Source of the DNA: Enterobacteria phage JenK1
Reading direction: 5' to 3' (one strand)
Sequence record: NC_029021.1
Length of the DNA: 60,747 bases
Made by a program: the position numbers and the translations under genes. Shown piece after piece: positions 1-9,248 of the stretch; position 1 is the first letter of the stretch, and each line of letters starts with the position of its first letter. The notes beneath the pieces were generated by a model. It had not been told where the DNA came from, did no database searches, and saw only the letters and a program-made list of their open reading frames with translations.

Positions 1-552
1 ATGGTAAAGCCTATTCTACCTTGGACACGTAGCATTGAATACGAAGCCGATCTCACTAAAGAAGAGATGGCTATACGTGACTCTGTCGTTGAAGAATATC
101 TGTTCGATTATGATTGGGTTAATGCGTGTAAACGTGTAGGCATGAGCTCCGCAATGGCGTTTGATTATGCTAAACGTTTTCAGGATGATAGCTATTGCCA
201 AAGACGAATTAAAGAACTTCAACAGCAGAAAGCAAGAAGTGCTCAACGTGACAGCAAATATGAAATAGAACAAGAGCGCCAGCGCATCATTGAAGGTCTT
301 AGATTTGAATCCACTTATCGTGGACCTGGATCTTCTCAAGCTGCTCGTGTTGCTGCATATAAACAATTATGTAGCATCTTTGGATTTGAAGCTCCTAAGC
401 AACAGAAGATGGATGTTGGTGTATCTACTGGTGTTATGCTGGTTCCTATGGTTGGTTCTATGGATGATTGGGAAAGAGTTGCTGGGGAGTCTCAGACTAA
501 GCTGCAAGAGGATACTTTAAATGGACTCAATGATTCAGACACCGTCCACTAA
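1..552 (+). CDS. putative terminase small subunit
   Basis: 183-aa ORF starting at position 1, directly upstream of and overlapping the large terminase ORF; assigned by synteny only. An AGGAG RBS sits 7 nt before the window end, positioned for this ATG if the sequence is circular. Confidence 0.4.
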   Translation: MVKPILPWTRSIEYEADLTKEEMAIRDSVVEEYLFDYDWVNACKRVGMSSAMAFDYAKRFQDDSYCQRRIKELQQQKARSAQRDSKYEIEQERQRIIEGLRFESTYRGPGSSQAARVAAYKQLCSIFGFEAPKQQKMDVGVSTGVMLVPMVGSMDDWERVAGESQTKLQEDTLNGLNDSDTVH

Positions 553-2119
553 GGTAGTATGGAAACCACATCCAGGATCTCAGGTACTGGCACTGAGTTG
601 TCCAGCAGATGAGATTTTATATCATGGTACTCGTGGCCCTGGAAAGACCGATGCTCAGTTGATGCGTTTTCGTCGTTATGTTGGCATGGGGTACGGTAAA
701 CACTGGCGCGGTATCATTTTTGACCGAGAATACAAAAACTTAGATGACTTAGTTGCAAAGTCACAGCGTTGGTTTCCTGAATTTAATGATGGTTGTAAAT
801 TCTTATCTTCCAAGTCAGATTATAAATGGGTATGGCCTAGCGGCGAAGAACTAATGTTCCGTGTTGCTAAAAAGCCTAAGGATTACTGGCTGTACCACGG
901 TCAGGAATTTCCATTTATTGGATGGAACGAATTAACTAAATATCCTGATAGTGGACTTTATGAAGCGATGAAGTCCTGTAACCGTACATCCTTTGTTGCA
1001 GAAGAAAACCCGATAATTATTGACGGTGATGTGTATCAGAGAACTGGGCGTCTTGTGCTTGTTCAACCGGACCATGAATACGCAATGCAGTTCATACTAC
1101 CACCTTTGCCGTTGCAGATCTTTTCTACGACTAACCCATTTGGGGTTGGACATAACTGGGTCAAGAAATATTTTATTAACTCTTGCCCTCTTGGGTCCAT
1201 GAAGAAGGAAGTAACAAACGTCTTCAACCCGCGTACACAGAAACGGGAAGACGTAGTTCGAACTCGCTGCCATATATTTGGTTCGTATCGAGAGAACCGT
1301 AACTTGACACCCGAGTATGTTGCGCAGCTTGTAAACATTGACGATCCTAACCTCCGTATGGCATGGCTCGGTGGTAGCTGGGATATTACGTCAGGTGGAA
1401 TGTTCGACGACCTGTGGCGCCAGAATATACATGTGGTCAAACCATTTCCAATACCTCACTCCTGGAGAATTGATAGATCATTTGACTGGGGCTCAAGTAA
1501 ACCGTTTTCTGTTGGTTGGTGGGCAAGAAGTGATGGTAGCGATATCGTGTATCCAAATGGGCGTCGTGTACGAACAGTACGAGGTGACTTATTTAGGATC
1601 ATGGAGTGGTATGGTACTAACGGGAAACCGAACGAAGGTTTAAGATTATTGGATTCTGAAATTGCTCGTGGTATCATCGTCAGGGAAATTGAAGCTGGTT
1701 TATACGGTCGCGTAGTTCCAGGCCCTGCTGATAACAGCATTTGGGACGTTAAGGATGGTAACAGTACCGCAGCAACAATGTCTAAACCAATAACTATCAA
1801 TGGTCGGTCTTATCCCGGTGTACAGTGGATTCGAAGTGATAAATCACCTGGATCTCGTAAAGCAGGTTGGAAACGAATGCGAGAATATTTAGCTGCTTCA
1901 ATTCCGGATCCTAAGGTTGCCGCTTTACGTGAAAGACCTTCTATGTTTATTTTTGACAACTGTCATCACTTTATAGATCTTGTTCCAACTCTTGCTAGAG
2001 ACGAAGATGATCTTGATGATGTCGATACTGATTCCGAAGACCACATTGCTGACGAAGCTCGTTATCGCGTAGCCAACGAAGCACGTGGCGGTAGTATCGG
2101 TAAGACTGTTGGGACATAA
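521..2119 (+). CDS. terL: terminase large subunit
   Basis: 532 aa; Walker A-like GTRGPGKT near the N-terminus; followed by portal-sized ORF. Confidence 0.75.
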   Translation: MDSMIQTPSTKVVWKPHPGSQVLALSCPADEILYHGTRGPGKTDAQLMRFRRYVGMGYGKHWRGIIFDREYKNLDDLVAKSQRWFPEFNDGCKFLSSKSDYKWVWPSGEELMFRVAKKPKDYWLYHGQEFPFIGWNELTKYPDSGLYEAMKSCNRTSFVAEENPIIIDGDVYQRTGRLVLVQPDHEYAMQFILPPLPLQIFSTTNPFGVGHNWVKKYFINSCPLGSMKKEVTNVFNPRTQKREDVVRTRCHIFGSYRENRNLTPEYVAQLVNIDDPNLRMAWLGGSWDITSGGMFDDLWRQNIHVVKPFPIPHSWRIDRSFDWGSSKPFSVGWWARSDGSDIVYPNGRRVRTVRGDLFRIMEWYGTNGKPNEGLRLLDSEIARGIIVREIEAGLYGRVVPGPADNSIWDVKDGNSTAATMSKPITINGRSYPGVQWIRSDKSPGSRKAGWKRMREYLAASIPDPKVAALRERPSMFIFDNCHHFIDLVPTLARDEDDLDDVDTDSEDHIADEARYRVANEARGGSIGKTVGT

Positions 2120-2131
2120 GGAGTTTAACAG

Positions 2132-3658
2132 ATGGCCATTTCTTCGGTTCATCCTAAATATTTACAGTTTAGTGCATTATGGTTGAAGATGCGGGACTGT
2201 TTCCTTGGAGCTGACCACGTTAAGGCTCAAGGTACTTTGTATCTTCCACCGACACCCGCTATGCGTTATGACGGTATGAAACCAGGCGAAGATGGCTATA
2301 TCCGTTACAACGATTATAAAGAACGTGCGGTGTTCCCGGAGTATGTCGCTGATGCGGTAGTTAATCACAGTGGTATGCTTCATAGTAAGTCAGCTATTAT
2401 TCAGTTACCTGCTGCAATGGAACCCCTTCGTCAATCTGCTACCAGCAAGCGCGAAGGTTTAGATCAGCTATTACGCCGCATAAACGAGCTACAGCTACGC
2501 GATGGTCGTCTTGGCCTTCTGTTGGAGCTGCCAGCGGGAAGTACCCGTGACACGCTGCCGTACATCGCAGTATACGAGGCGTTAAGTATACGAAACTGGG
2601 ACGACGGTGAAGATGATCTTGGTTCACTTAACCTTAACCTAGTTGTTCTGGATGAGTCCAAAGAAGTAATGGACAAGACTTCATTTGATTGGACTTATAA
2701 AGTTCAATATCGAGTTCTTGTTCTTGGAAGCGCCAACGTAGATGAACCATCAGATAGCGGTTACGTGTATGGGCAGTATATGACAGAACTGCTTCCTGGT
2801 GAAGATGACGAACCAGAAGAGGTGAGCTCTGACGTTGTAGTCCCTCAGTATAAAGGTACTCCGCTTGAGCAGATACCTTTCGTATTTTGTAACGCTATGG
2901 ACTTAGTCCCAGAACCAGATAAACCACCACTACTCGCATTAGCAAACAGATGTATTTCCATTTATCAGGGTGAAGCTGATTATCGACAGGCTTTGTTTAT
3001 GCAGAGCCAGGATACGCTGGTTGTTCGTGGTGGTATTACGAACAGTGACGCAGTTGATGATAAAGCCCCTGTTCGTGTTGGTGCTGGTGCTCGTATTGAT
3101 GTATCTCCGGACGGTGATGCCAAATACATTGGTACTAATTCACAAGGTTTACCGGAGCAACGTAAAGCACTTGAAGCTGACCATAAAGACGCTCAGACCC
3201 GTTCCGGGCATTTAACCAGTGCAGAAAGTGCTTCTCAAGAATCTGGTGACGCACTGGAAACACGTCTTATCACTAAGACTGCTTCATTAGTTGGTATTGC
3301 TAAGACTGGTGCTGCTGCGTTAGAAAAAATCCTTCGTATTTGTGCTATATGGATGGGATTAAATCCAGACGAAGTTAAAGTTACACCTAACCTTGACTTC
3401 AGCAAAGCTAATATTGAAGGACAGGAATTGGTGCAGGTGCAGACTGCCAAGAATCTTGGTGCTCCGTTATGTGCTGAGTCTATGCACAACTGGTTGCAGG
3501 ATAAGGGAATGACCTCTTTGACGTTTGAAGAGGAGATGAAACGGCTTGAGGAGGAGCGCAAAGAATACCCGTTCCTTTTACCTCAAGTTAAAAACGATCA
3601 GAACCAAATCCAGCAAACAACTGGAGAACAGACGGGGAATGAAAATGCCGCTAAGTAA
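2132..3658 (+). CDS. portal protein (putative)
   Basis: 508-aa ORF immediately after terL and before scaffold and capsid genes; assigned by size and synteny. Confidence 0.6.
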   Translation: MAISSVHPKYLQFSALWLKMRDCFLGADHVKAQGTLYLPPTPAMRYDGMKPGEDGYIRYNDYKERAVFPEYVADAVVNHSGMLHSKSAIIQLPAAMEPLRQSATSKREGLDQLLRRINELQLRDGRLGLLLELPAGSTRDTLPYIAVYEALSIRNWDDGEDDLGSLNLNLVVLDESKEVMDKTSFDWTYKVQYRVLVLGSANVDEPSDSGYVYGQYMTELLPGEDDEPEEVSSDVVVPQYKGTPLEQIPFVFCNAMDLVPEPDKPPLLALANRCISIYQGEADYRQALFMQSQDTLVVRGGITNSDAVDDKAPVRVGAGARIDVSPDGDAKYIGTNSQGLPEQRKALEADHKDAQTRSGHLTSAESASQESGDALETRLITKTASLVGIAKTGAAALEKILRICAIWMGLNPDEVKVTPNLDFSKANIEGQELVQVQTAKNLGAPLCAESMHNWLQDKGMTSLTFEEEMKRLEEERKEYPFLLPQVKNDQNQIQQTTGEQTGNENAAK

Positions 3659-3731
3659 AGGCGTGCAACGTAAAGCAAAAGACAAGAGTAAAAAATAGTT
3701 GCTTCATTCTTAATGATGTATTAGTCTTTAT

Positions 3732-3761
3732 AGCGCGGTAGAACGGTCTATCGCGCTTTTT
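3732..3761 (+). terminator. intrinsic terminator after portal gene
   Basis: Stem agcgcggtaga / tctatcgcgct (11 bp, one G-T pair) with acgg tetraloop, then TTTTT. Confidence 0.6.
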
Positions 3762-3789
3762 AGTGGAACGGTCCACAATGGAGAATTTT

Positions 3790-4668
3790 ATGAACAAATA
3801 TCACATTCATCTAGCGGTAGCTTATTCCGCTGGCTTCTTCCAGTCCATGCCTCGTTTTGGTGCATTGGAACTTGAATATACTTCTGAAGATGAAATCCCG
3901 GAAAACGCGCGTGAGTATTATTCCCAAGAAGGCGATAAGTGGATCCTCACTGGTGTAAAGGGTGGTGGCAAACAGAATATTGACAGGTTGCAATCTGCAC
4001 TTGAAAAAGAACGCAACGATCATAAAGCGGTCAAGAGTAAGCTAAGTAAGCTGAACGGACGTGATATTGACGAACTCTTGCAGCGCGACGCTGAATATGA
4101 AGAGCTTAAACTGCGTGCGGATAAAGTTGATGATGAAAAGTTGGAGCAAATCATTAACGTACGAATCCGTAACAAGTTGACTCCGCTTGAGCGTGAACGT
4201 GACGAGCTGAAAAACAAACTTTCTACCTATGAGAAGCAAGTAGAAGAGCTGACCACAAAAGAGAAGAACCGCATCGTTAAGACCGCTCTCAGCAAGGCTG
4301 CAATGTCTGCTAAAGTGATCACTGAAGCTATTGACGACGTGGAACTGATTGGCTCTCGTTTGTTTGAGCTCACTGAAGACGGTCAGGTTGTGACACGCGA
4401 CGGTGTGGGTGTAACTCCTGGGATCACCCCAGAAATGTGGTTACAGGACATCCAGGATAAGAAACCTCACTGGTTCCCTGGAAACGTTGGCGGTGGTGCT
4501 GGTGGCTCACGTACCCCTGGCGCTGCTGGTAAGAACCCGTGGAGTGCCGACGGTTGGAACCTTACTGAGCAGGGTAAAATTCTTCGTGAAAATCCTGAAA
4601 AAGCAGGCCGTCTGGCAGCCATGGCTGGCGTGGACTTGAAGCGTCCAGTACGTCCAGTTAAAAAATAA
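3790..4668 (+). CDS. scaffolding protein (putative)
   Basis: K/E-rich coiled-coil-like protein with Gly-rich C-terminal region, between portal and capsid genes. ATG at 3790 has a GGAG RBS; the ORF-track start at 3763 is a GTG just after the terminator. Confidence 0.5.
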   Translation: MNKYHIHLAVAYSAGFFQSMPRFGALELEYTSEDEIPENAREYYSQEGDKWILTGVKGGGKQNIDRLQSALEKERNDHKAVKSKLSKLNGRDIDELLQRDAEYEELKLRADKVDDEKLEQIINVRIRNKLTPLERERDELKNKLSTYEKQVEELTTKEKNRIVKTALSKAAMSAKVITEAIDDVELIGSRLFELTEDGQVVTRDGVGVTPGITPEMWLQDIQDKKPHWFPGNVGGGAGGSRTPGAAGKNPWSADGWNLTEQGKILRENPEKAGRLAAMAGVDLKRPVRPVKK

Positions 4669-4677
4669 TAAAATTTG

Positions 4678-4706
4678 TTGACACTCCCTCCGGTTGGTGT
4701 TAGTTT
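4678..4706 (+). promoter_or_regulatory. candidate sigma70-like promoter in capsid gene leader
   Basis: TTGACA (4678-4683), 17-bp spacer, weak -10 TAGTTT; followed by two overlapping hairpins. Confidence 0.25.
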
Positions 4707-4806
4707 TACATCAACCGGAGCACGGGCTCCGATCAATCAAGGATTATTGGAGCCTCCCACGGCGGTAGAGTTCCAAAGTAAATCGATTAACTTTGCGGAG
4801 ACTACC

Positions 4807-5910
4807 ATGTCTAAAATTCTGTCAGCTCCGATGCTTAATTTGCGAGCTACCAATTCAATTCTTCTGTCTGCTGTTCGTCGTGGTGCGATCACTGAACTTG
4901 CAGATGTTATCGTTCCAGAGATCTTCGTACCGTATGTGCAGAACCGCACAACTGAAAAGTCCCGACTGATTCAGTCTGGTGCTATTGAGATTTCTGAGCG
5001 TCTTAACGCTGCATTGATGGGTGAAGGTACTACCTTTAACCAGCGTTTCTTCAAAGACCTGGATCGTGACGAAGAAAACGTTTCAAGCGCAAGCGATGCA
5101 ACCGATTCTACTCCTGGTGGTATCAAATCTGGGCGTGAAATTCAGATCCGTCTGTCCCGTAACCATTCATGGGGTTCTGCGGACCTGCTGGACAGCCTGA
5201 TCTCCCCTGACCCGCTGGACGCTATCATTAACTTAGTGGCAAGCTACCGTCAGAGCCGTCTGCAACGTGCATTCGTTGCAACTGTAGGTGGTGTGTTCGC
5301 TATGAACGCCGCTGCTCCGGCTGGTTCCGGTGATAAGAAGTCTACTCACGTTCAGAACGATATGACCCACGACATTTCTGGTTCATCCTTCGTTGATGGT
5401 GTGACTAACTTCAACCCGGCTGGTGTTATCCTGGCGGCTGGTACTATGGGTGACTCCCTGAACGACCTGTCTATGATGATGGTTCACAGTGTGGTCTACC
5501 AGCGTATGCAGCTAATGAACCTGATCGACTTCATCCCAGATGCTCGTGCTGAAGTAATGATCCCGACCTACATGGGCCGTGAGGTTATCGTTGACGATAT
5601 GATGCCGCATGAAAGCGGTAAATACGAAACCTGGCTGGTTGGTCGTGGCGCATTCCAGTTAGGTGTTGGTTCACCGAAAGTTCCTGTTGAAACTGAACGT
5701 AAACCTGCATCCTACAAAGGTGGCGGTTCTGAAATCCTGTTCCACCGCTGGGAAAACATCATTCACCCTGTCGGTCACGCATGGGTTGGTACTGCTGCTG
5801 AAGGTGGTCCGGATAACGCCGCTCTGAAAACTGCTACCAACTGGGCTCGTGTATTCCCTGAGCGTAAACAGATTAAGATTGCTCGCCTGATCACTCGCGA
5901 ACACGCTTAA
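4807..5910 (+). CDS. major capsid protein
   Basis: 368 aa from ATG 4807 (ORF-track start 4675 is TTG inside the structured leader); strong host-like codon bias (ctg, cgt, ggt, aac); follows scaffold gene and ends at a terminator. Confidence 0.7.
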   Translation: MSKILSAPMLNLRATNSILLSAVRRGAITELADVIVPEIFVPYVQNRTTEKSRLIQSGAIEISERLNAALMGEGTTFNQRFFKDLDRDEENVSSASDATDSTPGGIKSGREIQIRLSRNHSWGSADLLDSLISPDPLDAIINLVASYRQSRLQRAFVATVGGVFAMNAAAPAGSGDKKSTHVQNDMTHDISGSSFVDGVTNFNPAGVILAAGTMGDSLNDLSMMMVHSVVYQRMQLMNLIDFIPDARAEVMIPTYMGREVIVDDMMPHESGKYETWLVGRGAFQLGVGSPKVPVETERKPASYKGGGSEILFHRWENIIHPVGHAWVGTAAEGGPDNAALKTATNWARVFPERKQIKIARLITREHA

Positions 5911-5930
5911 TGCTTTAGCCATGTAATTAA

Positions 5931-5954
5931 AGGGGCCTATATGGTCCCTTTTTT
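5931..5954 (+). terminator. intrinsic terminator after capsid gene
   Basis: Stem aggggcc / ggtccct with tatat loop, then TTTTTT. Confidence 0.6.
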
Positions 5955-5967
5955 GTTAGGAGGAAAC

Positions 5968-6402
5968 ATGCGTTATCAACGTCATTCAAGACATCGTCGT
6001 TATGTACGTCATGAACGTCACGGTTCAGATGCAACACCTAAAGCAAAGATTAAGACTGTAGGTAAAGTTCAGTATTCAGCTGACGGTGAAAGTGGTTGGC
6101 AAGATACAATCCCTGAAGGTCTTATGAAAGTAAGCACACCACTGACTTTCTACATTCGTGCTAAAGAAGTAGATCCAGAGGATGATGGTTCTTATGTTTA
6201 TAAGTTCCAGATTGCCGCTGGAACTGGCGATGCGTTGTCCCTTCAAAATGCGGGCGTCAACAAAGCAAAAATCTCTGGTACAGCTTCAGAGGATATGCTG
6301 AGTAAGACGTTCAGTGTTAACTGTACCGTTGAAGACAGTTATGGGACAGAAGTTACGGGAACTGCATTAACGCAAGCCTGGTCCGCAGCTCCCGCAGCAT
6401 AA
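5968..6402 (+). CDS. hypothetical protein with Arg/His-rich N-terminus (possible head decoration protein)
   Basis: Strong RBS aggagg 5 nt before ATG 5968 (track start 5941 lies inside the terminator hairpin); N-terminus RYQRHSRHRRYVRHERH followed by a beta-rich region; gene is bracketed by two terminators. Confidence 0.5.
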   Translation: MRYQRHSRHRRYVRHERHGSDATPKAKIKTVGKVQYSADGESGWQDTIPEGLMKVSTPLTFYIRAKEVDPEDDGSYVYKFQIAAGTGDALSLQNAGVNKAKISGTASEDMLSKTFSVNCTVEDSYGTEVTGTALTQAWSAAPAA

Positions 6403-6427
6403 ACGTTAAATTGCTAGATGTTTTAAA

Positions 6428-6462
6428 GGGTGTTACACTTCGCTTGTAACACCTTTTATTTT
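6428..6462 (+). terminator. intrinsic terminator
   Basis: Stem gggtgttaca / tgtaacacc with 7-nt loop, then TTTTATTTT. Confidence 0.65.
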
Positions 6463-6471
6463 GAGGAATGA

Positions 6472-7143
6472 ATGATGAAAGACAAGATCATTGAAGGGCT
6501 TCGTAAACTCAACGTTGAGAATGACAATCATTGGACTGCCGATGGCCTGCCTAAAATTGAAGCATTGAAGTTTACAGTTGGCCCGTCCGTCACGCGAGAA
6601 GATGTCAATTCTGTTGCGCCTGGGTTCACTCGTTCAAATCCTGTAATTGAGGACGTCGAACATGAAGAAAAGCATGACACTTCCTCATTGCAGGAAACCG
6701 AACAGACGGAAATTGTTGCAGATACCGACAATGCACAATATGAGTCCTTATCTAAGGCTGAAGCAGATAAGGAAACTGTTAACGGTAAATCGATTGTCAC
6801 TACGCGAGTAGCTTTAGAAGTCAACGTGAGCGATGCAGTTAAAGCAATGCTCAAAGGTATTCCAGATATTGACTTTGACACTGTTTCTGTGGAAGAACTT
6901 AAAGAATATGAAAAAGTTCTTTCAGAACAAGTCAACGCAGACAACCAGATGTTATCTGCAATGTACGAACTTGTTGAATCTCGTGCTAAATTGTACGCAA
7001 AAGTCAACACTGAAATTGAACGTCGTAAACCTAAGACCGAGCTGGCTCACACGTTAGCATCTTTCCGTGATCAGATGGCACAAATCCCACATGTGGTCAA
7101 TCAGCCTCGTATGGTTGTTCGTAACGGTATCCGCACTCGCTAA
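6472..7143 (+). CDS. hypothetical acidic protein
   Basis: 223-aa ORF with GAGGAA RBS; no recognisable motif. Confidence 0.55.
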   Translation: MMKDKIIEGLRKLNVENDNHWTADGLPKIEALKFTVGPSVTREDVNSVAPGFTRSNPVIEDVEHEEKHDTSSLQETEQTEIVADTDNAQYESLSKAEADKETVNGKSIVTTRVALEVNVSDAVKAMLKGIPDIDFDTVSVEELKEYEKVLSEQVNADNQMLSAMYELVESRAKLYAKVNTEIERRKPKTELAHTLASFRDQMAQIPHVVNQPRMVVRNGIRTR

Positions 7144-7151
7144 GGTGACAT

Positions 7152-7481
7152 ATGGCATTTCGAACAGACAAAAAGTTCTTGTTTCATATGATGCAACGTA
7201 ACAGACGTCGTCGAGATGCCACGTTGAACCCTGTAAGCGGTGTCCTGGGGTGGGTAACGCCGCCCCCGTCGACAGGTGTGGTAGATACCGATTACGTTAC
7301 AACGTGGCAGAATGGACAAACACCTTACGTTGTACAGGTCTTTAAAGATAAAGAATTGGTCTCACAGAATCAGTCTGATTTGCAGACCTTCACAATTAAC
7401 GAATCGTCTGCTGCAAGGTATGACATTAAAATTATAAGTGCAGACGGACAGATTCTTAATGCTACGATAGATATTGCTTGA
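7152..7481 (+). CDS. hypothetical protein (head-tail region)
   Basis: 109-aa ORF in a translationally coupled series between capsid and tail genes. Confidence 0.5.
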   Translation: MAFRTDKKFLFHMMQRNRRRRDATLNPVSGVLGWVTPPPSTGVVDTDYVTTWQNGQTPYVVQVFKDKELVSQNQSDLQTFTINESSAARYDIKIISADGQILNATIDIA

Positions 7482-7488
7482 GGCGCAT

Positions 7489-7992
7489 ATGACTGTAACT
7501 ATCATTGTTGAAGATGGGTCTTGTGTACCTAATGCAAATAGCTATATTGATGTCGAATATGCTACGCAATATTTAGAAGACCGTGGATTTACTGTCCCAG
7601 CGGAAGATAAGTTGAAACCTATGCTTATCAACGCAATGGATTTTATGGAAAGTCTTAATCGCTATAAGGGCAAGCGCACTAACCAAGATCAGGAACTACA
7701 GTTCCCGCGCAGCGGCTTATACAGCGACGGTGTAGAGATTCCAGGTAATACCATACCTGTAGCAATTAAGCGAGCACAGGCCCAACTGGTCGCGGATACG
7801 GTGCAGAGCGGTAAGCCATTATTAAGTAACAGTACCAATTATGCACTGAAAAAGCGTATTCTTGGACCTCTGACGCTTGAATACGCAGTTGGTCAGAGTG
7901 CTGTATTAGAAAGTGCAACACCACACCCGCGTTTCTGGGCTTTGATTAATGACTACCTGCGAAGCTCTAGCTCAAAAGGAGTAATGCGATGA
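7489..7992 (+). CDS. putative head-tail connector protein
   Basis: ATG 7489 with GAGG RBS (track start 7474 is TTG); position between capsid and tail genes. Confidence 0.45.
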   Translation: MTVTIIVEDGSCVPNANSYIDVEYATQYLEDRGFTVPAEDKLKPMLINAMDFMESLNRYKGKRTNQDQELQFPRSGLYSDGVEIPGNTIPVAIKRAQAQLVADTVQSGKPLLSNSTNYALKKRILGPLTLEYAVGQSAVLESATPHPRFWALINDYLRSSSSKGVMR

Positions 7993-8363
7993 CAATTGCT
8001 TCAGAATTTATTGCAATGGCACATGAGATGTTGAACGACCAAGAAATTGGTTTTGATGGAACACTCATTGTTAAAGTAAAAGAAGATGGAAGTGAATCAA
8101 GGCCTTGGGCTCCAACTTTTAAAGAACAAGAAGTACCACTGCGTTTGTTCTATGACGAGCAGTCAAAGACTAACGTAAACGGTAGCATAGTTCTTCAAGG
8201 TGAAAAGGTCTTTATCACTTACGAACCGGACGGTATTAGTCTGGAAGATTGCATTGGTTTTAAATTTATTGACCACAAAGGGCGCTCGTTCGTTGTTAAT
8301 GCAGTTGAGCCTATCGGTGCGGGTGGAACTACAATCATTAGTTACGTTAAAGTTGGTTCCTAA
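7989..8363 (+). CDS. putative head-tail joining protein
   Basis: 124-aa ORF; start overlaps upstream stop (ATGA); AAAGGAG RBS. Confidence 0.5.
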   Translation: MTIASEFIAMAHEMLNDQEIGFDGTLIVKVKEDGSESRPWAPTFKEQEVPLRLFYDEQSKTNVNGSIVLQGEKVFITYEPDGISLEDCIGFKFIDHKGRSFVVNAVEPIGAGGTTIISYVKVGS

Positions 8364-8782
8364 TGGCTAAGAAGAGCTTCCGTGATCAGTTTACCAGTGC
8401 TCAATTAAGAGCCATGCAAAAAGCCGCAGGTGAGGTAAAACAAAGACTTTATGGCTTCGTTAGTGCTGTTGTTGATGACACTCCTGTTAAGGACGGTGGA
8501 TTACGCGGAAGTTGGCAGATACAGAAATCACCCGACCTTATTGAGGACAATCTGCCGGAAGACCCGTCCGGAGCTGCTACGAAACAAAGATTGTTTACTA
8601 AAATAAGATATCTCCCAATCCATCAAGATTGGGATATTTATTTTGGTAACGGTAAGCCTTATGCTCAGAAGATCGAATATGAAGGTTACAGTAAGCAGGC
8701 GCCTAACGGGATGTTGCGTAAGAACATCGCAAGAGGTGGACAAGCATTCAGTGGATTTAAACTTGGGAGCTTTGATAAATGA
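8363..8782 (+). CDS. putative head-tail joining protein
   Basis: 139-aa ORF; TAATG overlap with upstream gene. Confidence 0.5.
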   Translation: MAKKSFRDQFTSAQLRAMQKAAGEVKQRLYGFVSAVVDDTPVKDGGLRGSWQIQKSPDLIEDNLPEDPSGAATKQRLFTKIRYLPIHQDWDIYFGNGKPYAQKIEYEGYSKQAPNGMLRKNIARGGQAFSGFKLGSFDK

Positions 8783-9246
8783 TCCCGTATCCGTTTCATT
8801 GGGTAGAAGATACCCTGAAATCACACTTAGTGAATAACTATGCTGAAATGTCACACGCTATGGCGTGGAAGAACTTGACATTTGATGCCAGCGGCTTTAA
8901 AGTGTGGTTAAAGATTATCAATACCCCATCCAGTGAAGATCCTGTAACGTTAGGCCCTTATGGCGATAATGAAATGCGTGGGTTTTTACAGATTGGTATA
9001 TATTCACAGTTGAATATCGGTATTGAAGAATCTAACGCTGTTCTTGGGCATGTGAGTAAAATCTTTAGTGTGCCAAGACAGCTCCAGGCACCGGACGGCT
9101 GCATGTTAAGACTGACAAGAAAGACGTTTTCCCAGGGCGGGCAGACGTCAATTGCAGACTTCACTCGCGGTGGTGTTGAAGGTGTTTGGGATGCTCAATA
9201 TGTAACAATCTACTGGCTCGCACGTGAGCCTAAACAGAGGATATAA
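8779..9246 (+). CDS. putative tail completion protein
   Basis: 155-aa ORF; ATGA overlap with upstream gene; precedes major tail gene. Confidence 0.5.
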   Translation: MIPYPFHWVEDTLKSHLVNNYAEMSHAMAWKNLTFDASGFKVWLKIINTPSSEDPVTLGPYGDNEMRGFLQIGIYSQLNIGIEESNAVLGHVSKIFSVPRQLQAPDGCMLRLTRKTFSQGGQTSIADFTRGGVEGVWDAQYVTIYWLAREPKQRI

Positions 9247-9248
9247 CG

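Noticed and set aside
5941-5967. ATG at 5941 as start of the small basic protein
   Set aside because: It lies inside the terminator hairpin; ATG 5968 has a strong aggagg RBS.
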